Shown here piece after piece: positions 18,700 through 28,290 of a stretch of DNA of 64,000 bases. Source of the DNA: Syntrophales bacterium (GTDB lineage Bacteria; Desulfobacterota; Syntrophia; Syntrophales; UBA4778). Numbering within the stretch: position 1 is the first letter of the stretch; each line of letters starts with the position of its first letter. The DNA lies in contig CAXXQE010000008.1 in the NCBI GenBank assembly GCA_963665615.2, forward strand, positions 682,001 through 746,000, given 5' to 3'. The notes beneath the pieces were generated by a model, which saw only the letters and a program-made list of their open reading frames with translations, did no database searches and was not told the DNA's origin. Position numbers and translations under genes: made by a program.

Positions 18700-21089
18700 G
18701 AAGAATCAAAAAGGTTTCACTTAATCGAATCAAGAGCCGGGCCGGGAAGAGCCGTATCTTCAAGAAGATCATGCTGGGAGTTCTGATTGCGTTTCCCGTC
18801 ATGATTCTCGCCGCCGGTCTGTGGCTTTATCTGGTCATCAAAAACCTCCCGGACATTTATACCCTGAAGGATTACCGTCCCAGCATTTCAACGCGAATTT
18901 ATGCGGACAACAACCAGTTGATCCATGAATTCTATCTGGAAGACCGGAGAGTGCTGCACGTTTCCAAGGTGCCGAAGCATCTGCTCAACGCCTTTGTCGC
19001 TGCAGAAGATACGCGATTTTTTCAACATCAGGGGATCGATTATCAGGGTATCTTTCGCGCCTTTCTGAAGAACCTCACCCATGGCGCCATTGTCCAGGGT
19101 GGGAGCACGATTACGCAACAGGTTGCCAAATCATTTTACCTGTCGTCGGAACGGACCTATGACCGGAAGATCAAAGAGGCGATTCTGGCTTATCGGATCG
19201 ATAAGTATCTGAAGAAGTATGAAATTCTCAATCTTTACCTGAATCAGATCTATCTTGGGCATGGCGCTTACGGCGTGGATGCCGCTGCTCAGTGCTATTT
19301 CGGAAAAAGTGCAACCAACGTCAATCTGGCCGAGTCGGCCATGTTGGCGGGACTGCCCAAAGCCCCCAATAAATTCTCTCCCTTTGTCAGCATGGAGAGG
19401 GCCAAGCAGCGTCAAGCCTACGTCCTCACACGCATGGTCGAAGACGGCTACATCACGGCGCAAGAAAAAGACAATGCCCTCACTGCCCGCGTCCGTCTCA
19501 ATACCCATGCCCTCCAAGGGAAGGTTGGACCCTATTTTATCGAAAATGTCAGGCGGTACATCCTGGAAAACTATGGCAGCGATGTTCTGTATAAAGAGGG
19601 CCTCAATGTCTATACGACCATGAATATGGATATGCAGCATGCAGCGGAGACGGCTATCGAACGCGGGTTGCGCGAGGTTGAGGAACGGGAGGGGTATAAG
19701 TCGCCCATTCGCAACATTTCCCAGGGAAAGTATGCCGCTTTTCTTGCAGCTGTTAGCCAGGAACTGGGGCAAAGAGAGCTCAAACAGGGGATGACGGTCA
19801 AAGCGCTTGTCGAGGGCAACGATGAAGCCGAGCGTGTGGTTAGACTCCGAATCGGCGCTTATCGGGGGATCGCGTCTTACGATGATATCGATGGCGGTCA
19901 GGTCGATGCAGACGTCGAATCGGGCAAGCCGTCCCGCGCGCCGCTCCGAGCCGGAGACACGCTTAATGTAAAAATCATTAGTGTCGGCAACCCGATTCAG
20001 GTGATGATCCGACTGAAGCAACCCGTTCAGGGCGCTTTGCTGTGCATGGACGTTCGAACAGGTGAAGTGAAGGCCATGGTCGGAGGGCGGAATTTCTATC
20101 AGAGCGAATTCAACCGTGCGACACAGGCCCGGCGTCAGCCCGGATCTGCATTTAAACCCCTGATCTATACGGCGGCCTTTGATAAGGGCTTTACTGCCGC
20201 CAAGGTTCTCGTTGACGAACCCCTGTCCTTCAAGGGTGCCCTGCCTGGCGGCCAGGATTGGAATCCGGAGAATTTCGACCGCGAATACCATGGTCCCACC
20301 ACCCTGAGAACGGCGCTGGTGCATTCCCGGAACATTATTACGATCAAGCTGCTTCAGGAAATTGGCGTCGATTATGCTGCGGACTATGCCGCCAACATGG
20401 GGATCGCGTCTCCGCTTGCCCGGAATCTCTCCATGGCCCTTGGTACGTCAGCGGTCACGCTCCAGGAGATCGTCAGGGCCTTTGGCGTTCTCGCTAACCA
20501 GGGCAAGAAGGTCGAACCTTTTTTCATCAAAAAGATCGTTGACCGGACGGGCAATATCTTTGAGGAACATGAACCCGCGTACCAGCAGGTGATCGACCCG
20601 AAGGTTGCCTTTATCACGACCTCCATCCTTCAGGACGTTGTGCAGCGTGGGACGGGGCAGGGGGTCAAGGCCATCGGTCGGCCTGTTGCCGGCAAGACCG
20701 GAACGACGGATGACTTGAAAGACGCCTGGTTTATCGGATACACGCCGTCGCTGGTGGCAGCGGTCTGGGTTGGTTTCGATGACGGTAAGCCCCTTGGTCG
20801 TCAAGAGGTCGGCGGGCTTGCCGCTGCGCCAATCTGGCTGTATTTTATGGAGAAGGCCGTGGGGAATACCCCGGTGGAAACTTTCCCGGTTCCTGAGGGA
20901 ATCGTTACCGCGAAGATCGATTCCAGAACGGGAATGTTAGCCAAACCACTGGCCGGGGATGCTGCCATAACGGAATATTTTCTTGAGGGCACTGCACCGG
21001 CGGACTACTCTGCCAATACGCTTGAAAATAAACTCTACAAGTTGTTCATGGGTACGCCGGAACCCAAGAAGCCTTCAACCCCGAGGTGA
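18696..21089 (+). CDS. Penicillin-binding protein 1A (transglycosylase/transpeptidase)
   Basis: N-terminal TM, EDTRFFQHQG, GGSTITQQ, RKIKE, SAFK (SxxK), SRN, KTG. Confidence 0.93.
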   Translation: MRRIKKVSLNRIKSRAGKSRIFKKIMLGVLIAFPVMILAAGLWLYLVIKNLPDIYTLKDYRPSISTRIYADNNQLIHEFYLEDRRVLHVSKVPKHLLNAFVAAEDTRFFQHQGIDYQGIFRAFLKNLTHGAIVQGGSTITQQVAKSFYLSSERTYDRKIKEAILAYRIDKYLKKYEILNLYLNQIYLGHGAYGVDAAAQCYFGKSATNVNLAESAMLAGLPKAPNKFSPFVSMERAKQRQAYVLTRMVEDGYITAQEKDNALTARVRLNTHALQGKVGPYFIENVRRYILENYGSDVLYKEGLNVYTTMNMDMQHAAETAIERGLREVEEREGYKSPIRNISQGKYAAFLAAVSQELGQRELKQGMTVKALVEGNDEAERVVRLRIGAYRGIASYDDIDGGQVDADVESGKPSRAPLRAGDTLNVKIISVGNPIQVMIRLKQPVQGALLCMDVRTGEVKAMVGGRNFYQSEFNRATQARRQPGSAFKPLIYTAAFDKGFTAAKVLVDEPLSFKGALPGGQDWNPENFDREYHGPTTLRTALVHSRNIITIKLLQEIGVDYAADYAANMGIASPLARNLSMALGTSAVTLQEIVRAFGVLANQGKKVEPFFIKKIVDRTGNIFEEHEPAYQQVIDPKVAFITTSILQDVVQRGTGQGVKAIGRPVAGKTGTTDDLKDAWFIGYTPSLVAAVWVGFDDGKPLGRQEVGGLAAAPIWLYFMEKAVGNTPVETFPVPEGIVTAKIDSRTGMLAKPLAGDAAITEYFLEGTAPADYSANTLENKLYKLFMGTPEPKKPSTPR

Positions 21090-21165
21090 GCCAACCTCGG
21101 CGGGCGTGGGATTCGGCGGCGCGTGCATGCCTCACCTGTTTGCTCATACGAATCTCCAACAGGTT

Positions 21166-21196
21166 TTGTGCGCTGTTTGCAAAAAACAGCGCACAA
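21166..21196. terminator. 13-bp hairpin after the PBP1A gene
   Basis: TTGTGCGCTGTTT-gcaaa-AAACAGCGCACAA. Confidence 0.6.
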
Positions 21197-21203
21197 TTTC
21201 GGC

Positions 21204-21232
21204 TTGACATTCAAGAAGCGCCTTGTTACAGT
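21204..21232 (+). promoter_or_regulatory. Sigma70 promoter of the ilv operon
   Basis: TTGACA-17 bp-TACAGT upstream of the leader ORF. Confidence 0.7.
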
Positions 21233-21264
21233 TCGCCAAAACAGCCAAAAAAGGTTTTTCTGTC

Positions 21265-21333
21265 ATGAACGTTAACACCATCATTCTGATCGTAGTAGTA
21301 GGTGTAGTACCCTGCACCACAGGGATCGGGTGA
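21265..21333 (+). CDS. ilv operon leader peptide, 22 aa: MNVNTIILIVVVGVVPCTTGIG
   Basis: Manual translation: 11 of 22 codons are Ile/Leu/Val; it lies between the promoter and a terminator upstream of ilvB. Confidence 0.88.
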   Translation: MNVNTIILIVVVGVVPCTTGIG

Positions 21334-21358
21334 TGGTTTGCGTAAATCTGGATGAGTG

Positions 21359-21391
21359 ACCGTTACCCGCTAAAGGTAACGGTTTTTTTTT
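21359..21391 (+). terminator. Attenuator terminator
   Basis: ACCGTTACC-cgctaaa-GGTAACGGT followed by a T run; its 5' arm can alternatively pair with GGGTGATGGT (21328-21337). Confidence 0.88.
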
Positions 21392-21415
21392 GCCAATAAA
21401 CAGGAGGTGGCTTCA

Positions 21416-23113
21416 GTGCAACTCAAAGGTTCTCAAATTTTTATCAAAGCGCTTGAACAGGAGGGGATCGACACGATCTTCGGTTACCCCGGCGGGGTGC
21501 TCCTGGACATTTATGATGAACTGTATCGCAGTTCGATCCGGCACATCCTGGTCCGGCACGAACAGGGCGCGGTCCACGCGGCAGACGGTTTCGCGCGGGC
21601 CTCCGGCAAGGTCGGCGTCGCCCTGGTGACCTCCGGTCCCGGAGCGACCAATACCGTGACGGGGCTTGCCAACGCCCATCTCGATTCGACGCCCATCGTT
21701 GTCTTTACCGGTCAGGTCCCGACGGCCCTCATCGGCACGGATGCCTTCCAGGAGGCGGACATCATGGGCATTAGCCGCCCCTGTACGAAACATAATTTTC
21801 AGGTCAGGCGGGTCGAGGAGTTGGCGAAGACCATTCGCGAGGCTTTCTATATCGCACGATCGGGGCGACCGGGACCCGTTCTGGTCGACCTTCCCAAGGA
21901 CATCGTCGCATCTCTGACGGATTACGAACCCTTGATCCCAAAGATGCGGGAGGCAGATGCGCCGCCAAAAACGATTCCAGAAAAGGATTTTGTTGTCCTG
22001 GACATGATCCGGGAATCAAAGCGGCCCCTGCTGATGACGGGCGGCGGCATTATTCTCGGTCAGGCCTCCGAGGAACTGCGGGAACTCGCCAGAACGATGA
22101 AGATCCCTGTCACCTCGACCCTCATGGGACTCGGCGCCTTTCCTGCAACCGATTCCCTCTGGCTGGGGATGCCCGGCATGCACGGAACTTATTACGCCAA
22201 CATGGCGCTCAGCCAGTGTGATCTCCTGATCGCCATCGGCTGCCGCTTTGACGACCGGGTGACGGGAAAGCTCGATACCTTCGCCTCGAAGGCAAAGATC
22301 GTTCATGTGGACATCGATGCTTCATCGATCAACAAGAATGTAATGGTGGATGTCCCGGTTCTCCAAGACTGCAAGCAGGCCCTCAGCAACTTCAACCGGT
22401 TTATTGCCGAAAAGCATGTCAGTGTCTCCGACGAGGATCGTCGTGAATGGTTCGACCTGATTGCGGAGTGGAAGCGCGATGTGCCGCTGTCCTATTGTCA
22501 GGGACAGGACATCATCAAGCCGCAGTACGTCCTCGAGACGATGTACAAATTAACACAGGGCAACGCCATCATTGCAACAGAAGTGGGACAGAACCAGATG
22601 TGGACGGCTCAGTTCTATCCCTTCAACGAGCCCCATACCCTTTTGTCCTCCGGCGGTTTGGGAACGATGGGGTACGGCTTCCCGGCGGCGATCGGGGCGC
22701 AGATTGCCTTCCCTGACAAACTGGTGATCGATGTCGCCGGCGACGGCAGCATTCAGATGAATATCCAGGAACTGGCAACGGCCGTGCAATACAAGCTCCC
22801 GGTGAAGATCGTCATCCTGAACAACGGTGTGCTCGGCATGGTCCGCCAGTGGCAACAGCTCTTCTACGACAAGCGTTACTCACACACGGATATGACCTTC
22901 GCCCCGGATTTCGTCAAACTCGCCGAGGCATACGGTGTCCTGGGCCTCCGGGCAACGAAGCCGGAAGAGGTCGAGGCGACGCTCCGGAAAGGATTCGAGC
23001 ATCCGGGACCTGCGATCATGGATTTCCAGATCGCACGCGAAGAATGCGTTTATCCGATGGTGCGGGCGGGTGCGCCGCTTCACGAGATGCTGTTGGCTCG
23101 CGAAATCGCGTAA
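21416..23113 (+). CDS. ilvB: Acetolactate synthase (AHAS) large subunit
   Basis: FGYPGG, RHEQGA, TSGPGATN, GMPGMHG, RFDDRVTG, GDGSIQMNIQEL. GTG at 21416 follows AGGAGG. Confidence 0.96.
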   Translation: MQLKGSQIFIKALEQEGIDTIFGYPGGVLLDIYDELYRSSIRHILVRHEQGAVHAADGFARASGKVGVALVTSGPGATNTVTGLANAHLDSTPIVVFTGQVPTALIGTDAFQEADIMGISRPCTKHNFQVRRVEELAKTIREAFYIARSGRPGPVLVDLPKDIVASLTDYEPLIPKMREADAPPKTIPEKDFVVLDMIRESKRPLLMTGGGIILGQASEELRELARTMKIPVTSTLMGLGAFPATDSLWLGMPGMHGTYYANMALSQCDLLIAIGCRFDDRVTGKLDTFASKAKIVHVDIDASSINKNVMVDVPVLQDCKQALSNFNRFIAEKHVSVSDEDRREWFDLIAEWKRDVPLSYCQGQDIIKPQYVLETMYKLTQGNAIIATEVGQNQMWTAQFYPFNEPHTLLSSGGLGTMGYGFPAAIGAQIAFPDKLVIDVAGDGSIQMNIQELATAVQYKLPVKIVILNNGVLGMVRQWQQLFYDKRYSHTDMTFAPDFVKLAEAYGVLGLRATKPEEVEATLRKGFEHPGPAIMDFQIAREECVYPMVRAGAPLHEMLLAREIA

Positions 23114-23142
23114 ATTAAACATCAACGAGGGAAATACGAACC

Positions 23143-23634
23143 ATGGAAACACAAAAAAAGAAAGAGCACATCCTCTCCCTACTGGTTAAAAACAATCCGG
23201 ACGTTCTGGCCCGCGTGGCGGGGACGCTGGGCGGCAGGGGATATAATATCGATACCCTATGTGTGGACGCCACGATTGATCCTAAGCAGTCGAAAATCAT
23301 CCTTTCGACAATTCAGGATCAGGTTACAATGACCAAGATCGAAAAACAGCTCGTGCGCCTGATCGATGTCGAATCCGTCTGCGATCTCTCCGAGATGGAC
23401 TCGGTCATGCGGGAAATGATGCTGGTCCGGATGACACTGACCCCTGAGAACAAGGCCGACATTGCCCTGATCATCGACACGTTCCGTGGCCGGGTCGTCA
23501 CCATGACCGGCAACCATTGCGTTATCGAGATTTCCGGCACGCAGGAGGACATCAACCGCGCCATCGAGAGCCTCAAATCGCTGGGGATCGACGATCTGGC
23601 GCGGACCGGCGTCGTTGCGCTGGAAAATGCGTAA
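23143..23634 (+). CDS. ilvN: Acetolactate synthase small regulatory subunit
   Basis: ACT domain LSLLVKNNPDVLARVAG...RGYNID, KQLVRLIDV, C-terminal ARTGVVAL. Confidence 0.88.
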   Translation: METQKKKEHILSLLVKNNPDVLARVAGTLGGRGYNIDTLCVDATIDPKQSKIILSTIQDQVTMTKIEKQLVRLIDVESVCDLSEMDSVMREMMLVRMTLTPENKADIALIIDTFRGRVVTMTGNHCVIEISGTQEDINRAIESLKSLGIDDLARTGVVALENA

Positions 23635-23636
23635 TA

Positions 23637-23685
23637 AGCGGCTGACGCCGCTGTCAACAGAGAACGGTAAACAGTGAACAGTCAG
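23637..23685 (+). repeat. Capped heptamer array after the ilvN stop
   Basis: AGCGGCTGACGCCGC TGTCAAC AGAGAAC GGTAAAC AGTGAAC. Confidence 0.85.
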
Positions 23686-23737
23686 GCAATTGCGCGGCGA
23701 TTTAACTGAGACCAGGTTCGCAAAATTGGTCAGAAGA

Positions 23738-23820
23738 GATGGCATCGTCAAAAGTATATTTTCCTGTCATTGCGAGCGAAGCAATCTTATCAGCTGGTGT
23801 TATGCGATTGCTTCGTCAGT
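23738..23820. mobile_element. Truncated copy of MITE family A
   Basis: GATGGCATCGTCAAAAGT (15/18 match to the left TIR at 63211) plus the internal GTCATTGCGAG-CGAAGCAATCT...GATTGCTTCG palindrome; no right TIR seen. Confidence 0.6.
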
Positions 23821-23960
23821 AACGCGGTAAAATTTCTGGACACTTTCGTTCATTAGTGATTAACTTAAAACCCTTTGAGGTTAAACCTGCTTCATTTCGC
23901 TGTGGTTCGGGGCGTATCACAACGGATTGCCGCGAACAAATTGCTGGAAAACAAACTTTT

Positions 23961-24085
23961 GCAGGCTGTTTAAAAATGTTCAGATGCAAGGCAGCACTTT
24001 GGCCGAGAAGCGCAGCGTATATGTTTTACGTGAACACCGCAGGCCGAAGCGAAACGCGGCAGACGAGCGTTTTTCAACAGCCTGC
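23961..24085. mobile_element. 125-bp MITE-like element (family B)
   Basis: Terminal inverted repeats GCAGGCTGTTTAAAAA / TTTTTCAACAGCCTGC (15/16); no coding capacity. Confidence 0.75.
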
Positions 24086-24114
24086 TCATCATTTATTCAC
24101 TTGAGGAGGAAGAC

Positions 24115-25164
24115 ATGGCAAAGATCAATTTTGGCGGCGTTATCGAAGAAGTCATCACATCCGATGAGTTCACCCTGGATAAGGCCAGAACCGTTTTGAA
24201 GGACGAAGTCGTGGCGGTCATCGGCTACGGCGTGCAGGGGCGCGGTCAGGCCCTGAACATGAAGGACAACGGCATTAACGTGATCGTCGGTGAAGGCGAC
24301 TACAACTGGAACAAGGCGATCGAAGAGGGCTTTGTTCCGGGCAAGACGCTCTTTTCACCGATGGAAGCAGCCGAGCGCGGCACCATCATTCAGTATCTTC
24401 AGTCCGACGCGGGTCAGAAGGCCATGTGGCCGGACCTGAAAAAGACTCTGACCAAGGGCAAAGCCCTCTACTTCTCCCACGGATTCTCGATCGTTTACAA
24501 GGAGCAGACCGGCGTCATCCCGCCTGCCGATATCGACGTGATCATGGTCGCGCCGAAGGGCTCTGGCAAATCCGTGCGCGACAACTTCCTCAACGGAAGC
24601 GGCATCAACTCCAGCTACGCCGTCTTCCAGGATGCCACCGGACGCGCCCAGGAGAGAACCCTGGCGACCGGTATCGGCATCGGTTCGGGCTACCTCTTCC
24701 CGACGACCTTTGAGCAGGAAGTCTACAGCGACCTGACCGGCGAGCGCGGTGTTCTGATGGGCTGTCTGGCCGGGGTCATGGAAGCGCAGTACAATGAGTT
24801 GAGAAAGCACGGCCACACCCCGAGCGAAGCCTTCAACGAGACGGTCGAAGAGCTCACCCAGAGCCTGATCCGCCTGGTCGCTGAAAACGGCATGGACTGG
24901 ATGTACGCCAACTGCAGCACGACGGCCCAGCGTGGCGCCCTCGACTGGAAGGACAAGTTCCGCGACGCCGTCGCCCCTGTCTTCAAAAACCTGTATGAGA
25001 GCGTGGCCACCGGCAAGGAAACCGAAATCGTTCTCAGGGTCAACAGCGCCCCCGACTATCGGGAAAAATTGCAAAAAGAACTCGACGCGATCAAGAACAG
25101 CGAGATGTGGCAGGCAGGCGCCGCAGTCCGTTCGCTGAGACCGGATCGACGGGTGAAGAAATAA
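24115..25164 (+). CDS. ilvC: Ketol-acid reductoisomerase (Bacteroidota/fungal Ilv5-like type)
   Basis: IGYGVQGRGQALN, FSHGF, VAPKGSG, SDLTGERGVLMG, NCSTTAQRGALDW. Confidence 0.95.
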   Translation: MAKINFGGVIEEVITSDEFTLDKARTVLKDEVVAVIGYGVQGRGQALNMKDNGINVIVGEGDYNWNKAIEEGFVPGKTLFSPMEAAERGTIIQYLQSDAGQKAMWPDLKKTLTKGKALYFSHGFSIVYKEQTGVIPPADIDVIMVAPKGSGKSVRDNFLNGSGINSSYAVFQDATGRAQERTLATGIGIGSGYLFPTTFEQEVYSDLTGERGVLMGCLAGVMEAQYNELRKHGHTPSEAFNETVEELTQSLIRLVAENGMDWMYANCSTTAQRGALDWKDKFRDAVAPVFKNLYESVATGKETEIVLRVNSAPDYREKLQKELDAIKNSEMWQAGAAVRSLRPDRRVKK

Positions 25165-25290
25165 CTGACAGCGATCAGCCGCCAGCTTTTAGCTGTTAGC
25201 CTCTGAGAACGCTCAGTATTTTTGAACAACTTTTAGCGTTCAGCGTATTAGTATTTGGCTTTTTGGCTAAATGCTAATCGCTAATTGCTT
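25165..25290. repeat. Third heptamer family (NNTYAGC / GCTAANN) in inverted arrangement between ilvC and ilvD
   Basis: CGATCAG CCGCCAG CTTTTAG CTGTTAG after the stop; GGCTAAA TGCTAAT CGCTAAT before the ilvD RBS. Confidence 0.65.
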
Positions 25291-25308
25291 TTTTTCAGGA
25301 GGTTTTCC

Positions 25309-26976
25309 ATGCGCAGCGACTTAATGAAGAAGGGACTCGAACGGGCGCCCCACCGCTCTCTTTTCAAGGCCATGGGCTATACGGATGAGGAGATTGCACG
25401 CCCTCTGATTGGCGTGGTCAATTCCGCCAACGAGATCATTCCCGGCCATATCCATCTGGACCAGATTGCTGACGCCGTCAAGGCGGGCATTCGCCTTGCG
25501 GGAGGCACCCCGGTGGAATTTCCGGCCATTGGTGTCTGCGACGGCATTGCGATGGGACACGAGGGGATGAAGTTTTCCCTGGCCAGCCGCGAGATCATTG
25601 CCGACTCCATCGAGATCATGGCAATGGCGCATCCCTTTGACGGTCTGGTTCTGATCCCCAACTGCGACAAGATCATCCCCGGCATGCTGATGGCCGCCCT
25701 GCGTCTGAACATCCCCGCGATCTTTGTCAGCGGCGGCCCGATGCTGGCCGGTGCGTATAATGGAGAGGCCGTCGATCTGATCAATGTCTTCGAAGGCGTC
25801 GGCAAGGTCAAGTCGGGACGCATGTCGCAGCGGGAGCTAAAAGACCTCGAAGACTGCGCTTGTCCGGGGTGCGGCTCGTGTTCAGGGATGTTCACGGCCA
25901 ACTCCATGAACTGTGTCACCGAGGCCCTCGGTCTGGGTCTTCCCGGCAACGGAACGATTCCGGCTGTCCTCGCGGCACGCAACCGCTTGGCCAAGCAGGC
26001 GGGGATGCAGATCCTCAATCTGGTCAAAAAGAATATCCGGCCGCGAGACATCGCGACCCTTGATGCCTTCCGGAATGCTATTGCCATCGACATGGCCCTC
26101 GGCTGTTCGACCAATACGGTCCTGCACATTCCAGCGGTTGCACACGAGGCCGGGATCGAACTCAACCTCGATATCTTCAACGAAATCAGTAAGGCGGTTC
26201 CGAACATCTGTTATCTGAGCCCTGCAGGTCCCCACCATATCCAGGAGCTCAATGCGGCGGGCGGCATTCAGGCGGTCATGAAGGAAATCAGCAAAACGGG
26301 CGCGATCCGCGGCAAGGCCCTGACGGTGAGCGGCAAGACCGTCGAGCAGAACCTCAAGGTCGCGAACGTCCTCAATCGCAACGTCATCCGTTCGGTGGAG
26401 GATCCGTATAACAAGGAAGGCGGCATCGCTATCCTGCGCGGCAACCTCGCGCCGGCTGGCGCCGTCGTCAAACAGTCCGCCGTGGCACCCGACATGATGC
26501 GCAATGAGGGACGCGCCCGTGTCTTCGATTCAGAAGACGATGCGATCAAAGCGATTCTCGACGGGAAGATTGTCGCAGGCGATATCGTGGTAATCCGTTA
26601 CGAGGGACCGAAAGGCGGTCCGGGGATGCGCGAGATGCTCTCACCGACTTCGGCCATTGTCGGCATGGGATTGGACAAATCGGTGGCGCTCCTGACGGAT
26701 GGCCGCTTTAGCGGGGGCACGCGCGGCGCCGCGATCGGTCACATCTCTCCGGAAGCGGCCGAGGGCGGTCCCATCGCCCTGGTAAAAGAAGGCGACACCA
26801 TCGCCATCGACATTCCGGGCAAACGGATCAATCTGAAGGTCTCCGACGCGGAACTGGTGAAACGGAAAAAAGCCCTGAAGCCCTTCAAGCCGATTGCCAG
26901 ATCGGGCTATCTGCGCCGGTACGCCAGTCTAGTGACGTCCGCCAGCACCGGCGCCATCCTGAAAGATCCGGAATAG
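25309..26976 (+). CDS. ilvD: Dihydroxy-acid dehydratase
   Basis: [57 protein letters not shown]. Confidence 0.97.
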   Translation: MRSDLMKKGLERAPHRSLFKAMGYTDEEIARPLIGVVNSANEIIPGHIHLDQIADAVKAGIRLAGGTPVEFPAIGVCDGIAMGHEGMKFSLASREIIADSIEIMAMAHPFDGLVLIPNCDKIIPGMLMAALRLNIPAIFVSGGPMLAGAYNGEAVDLINVFEGVGKVKSGRMSQRELKDLEDCACPGCGSCSGMFTANSMNCVTEALGLGLPGNGTIPAVLAARNRLAKQAGMQILNLVKKNIRPRDIATLDAFRNAIAIDMALGCSTNTVLHIPAVAHEAGIELNLDIFNEISKAVPNICYLSPAGPHHIQELNAAGGIQAVMKEISKTGAIRGKALTVSGKTVEQNLKVANVLNRNVIRSVEDPYNKEGGIAILRGNLAPAGAVVKQSAVAPDMMRNEGRARVFDSEDDAIKAILDGKIVAGDIVVIRYEGPKGGPGMREMLSPTSAIVGMGLDKSVALLTDGRFSGGTRGAAIGHISPEAAEGGPIALVKEGDTIAIDIPGKRINLKVSDAELVKRKKALKPFKPIARSGYLRRYASLVTSASTGAILKDPE

Positions 26977-26981
26977 GCAAT

Positions 26982-27026
26982 AGCGGCTGACGCCGCAGTC
27001 ACAAGTGACGAGTAACGGGTGACAGG
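26982..27026 (+). repeat. Capped heptamer array (AGTGACR family) after the ilvD stop
   Basis: AGCGGCTGACGCCGC AGTCACA AGTGACG AGTAACG GGTGACA. Confidence 0.85.
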
Positions 27027-27076
27027 CGGGAAAAGCGTCAGAACCAGGGTGAAGTTCGTCAGAAGTAAATGCATTT

Positions 27077-27109
27077 ACAGCCAACGCACAGACCGTTGGC
27101 TGTTTTTTT
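27077..27109 (+). terminator. Intrinsic terminator between converging ilvD and the enolase-family gene
   Basis: ACAGCCAACG-loop-CGTTGGCTGT followed by a T run. Confidence 0.75.
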
Positions 27110-27132
27110 GCTGTAAACTGGTGACTACAGCG

Positions 27133-28290
27133 TCAGCCGCGCCGAACAGTCCGCGCTGAGGGCGCGTGCAGCGCACCAACCTGAACCAACTCTTCTTTAA
27201 TCACCTCTGCGCCCAGGCCCCATTTGTTGCCATTAGAGGTGCCGAGTTTTCCCGTTTTCATCTGGGCGCCGAAGAGCAGCGGCGATCCGTTTTCGTAAAG
27301 GGTGACGCCGGGAGCCGTTATGGCAAAGCTGTCTCCGGCGCTGGCGAGCAGGGGCGTTTCTCCTACATGGGTACCGATCTGACAGGCTAGACCATGCCTG
27401 TGAGCCAGATCCGCAATCCGTCTGGATCGCAGCAGGCCGCCGCATTTTGATATTTTGATGTTCATGATATCGCAGGCGCCCGCCTCGATGAGTGCCTCTG
27501 CCTGGTGGTAGCTGCACAAGGACTCATCGGCGATGACGGGCAGTCCCGTTTCTTCACGAATAGTCCGCAAACCTGCCAGATCTCCCGCCGCTACCGGTTG
27601 TTCCACCCCGCATATTCCGGTATCCTTTAAATATCGGATTTGTCTGAGCGCCTCGTTTAAGGGCCACTTCCCGTTGGCTTCGATGCGTATTCGGACGAAG
27701 GGGTCGATCGCTTCCCGCACCCACTCAACCCTGCGACGGTTCTCTTCAGGGTTCGACTGCATCAAGACCTTAAAGTCCATGATTTTCAAGTTCCGGACCG
27801 TTTGCACGAAACCGGCGAGTTTTGAAATCGGCAGGAGGGGAATGGATAGGGAGCGGGGAATGTCGCTGCGCAGCGTCGGGCCAAGCAGGCCCGTTAGCGG
27901 GACCGCATTTTTTTCCCCCAGCGCATCGAGCAGGGCCAGATCGCAGGCGCCTAATGCGGAAAGGTAAGCCCGGATGCCTTTTGCTTGGCAGTCATCTTCG
28001 ATCTGTTGGAGCAAGACGGCTGCTGCTTCTGTTGACTCGATCTTGGCCTCAAACAGCCGTGGTGCAAAGATTTCCTGGAACAGTCGGCAGACGCTTTCAA
28101 CGGTCTCTCCCGTTACATAGAACCTTGGGGAACTTTCCCCCCATCCGGATAGTCTGCCCAGGTCGAAGACCAATTCAACCAAGACGGACTCTGCCGCAGA
28201 CCGCTTCAGGTGAGGGGATTCAAAGGGGAGTACGAAAGGGGTTCGACACTGGAATAAGTTAAGACCGTTTATCTTCATGAGCGATATCAC
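27133..28290 (-). CDS. Enolase superfamily (MLE/dipeptide epimerase-like) protein with non-canonical active site
   Basis: GWGES.PR.YVTGET, DLALLDA.G, EANG, VEQP, ADES, NIKISKCGG. An alternative ATG start lies at 28278. Confidence 0.85.
   Translation of the reverse strand: MISLMKINGLNLFQCRTPFVLPFESPHLKRSAAESVLVELVFDLGRLSGWGESSPRFYVTGETVESVCRLFQEIFAPRLFEAKIESTEAAAVLLQQIEDDCQAKGIRAYLSALGACDLALLDALGEKNAVPLTGLLGPTLRSDIPRSLSIPLLPISKLAGFVQTVRNLKIMDFKVLMQSNPEENRRRVEWVREAIDPFVRIRIEANGKWPLNEALRQIRYLKDTGICGVEQPVAAGDLAGLRTIREETGLPVIADESLCSYHQAEALIEAGACDIMNIKISKCGGLLRSRRIADLAHRHGLACQIGTHVGETPLLASAGDSFAITAPGVTLYENGSPLLFGAQMKTGKLGTSNGNKWGLGAEVIKEELVQVGALHAPSARTVRRG

Noticed and set aside
23856..24199. Small ORFs in the ilvN-ilvC spacer
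   Set aside because: They run through a MITE, show no recognisable motifs, and one overlaps ilvC out of frame.
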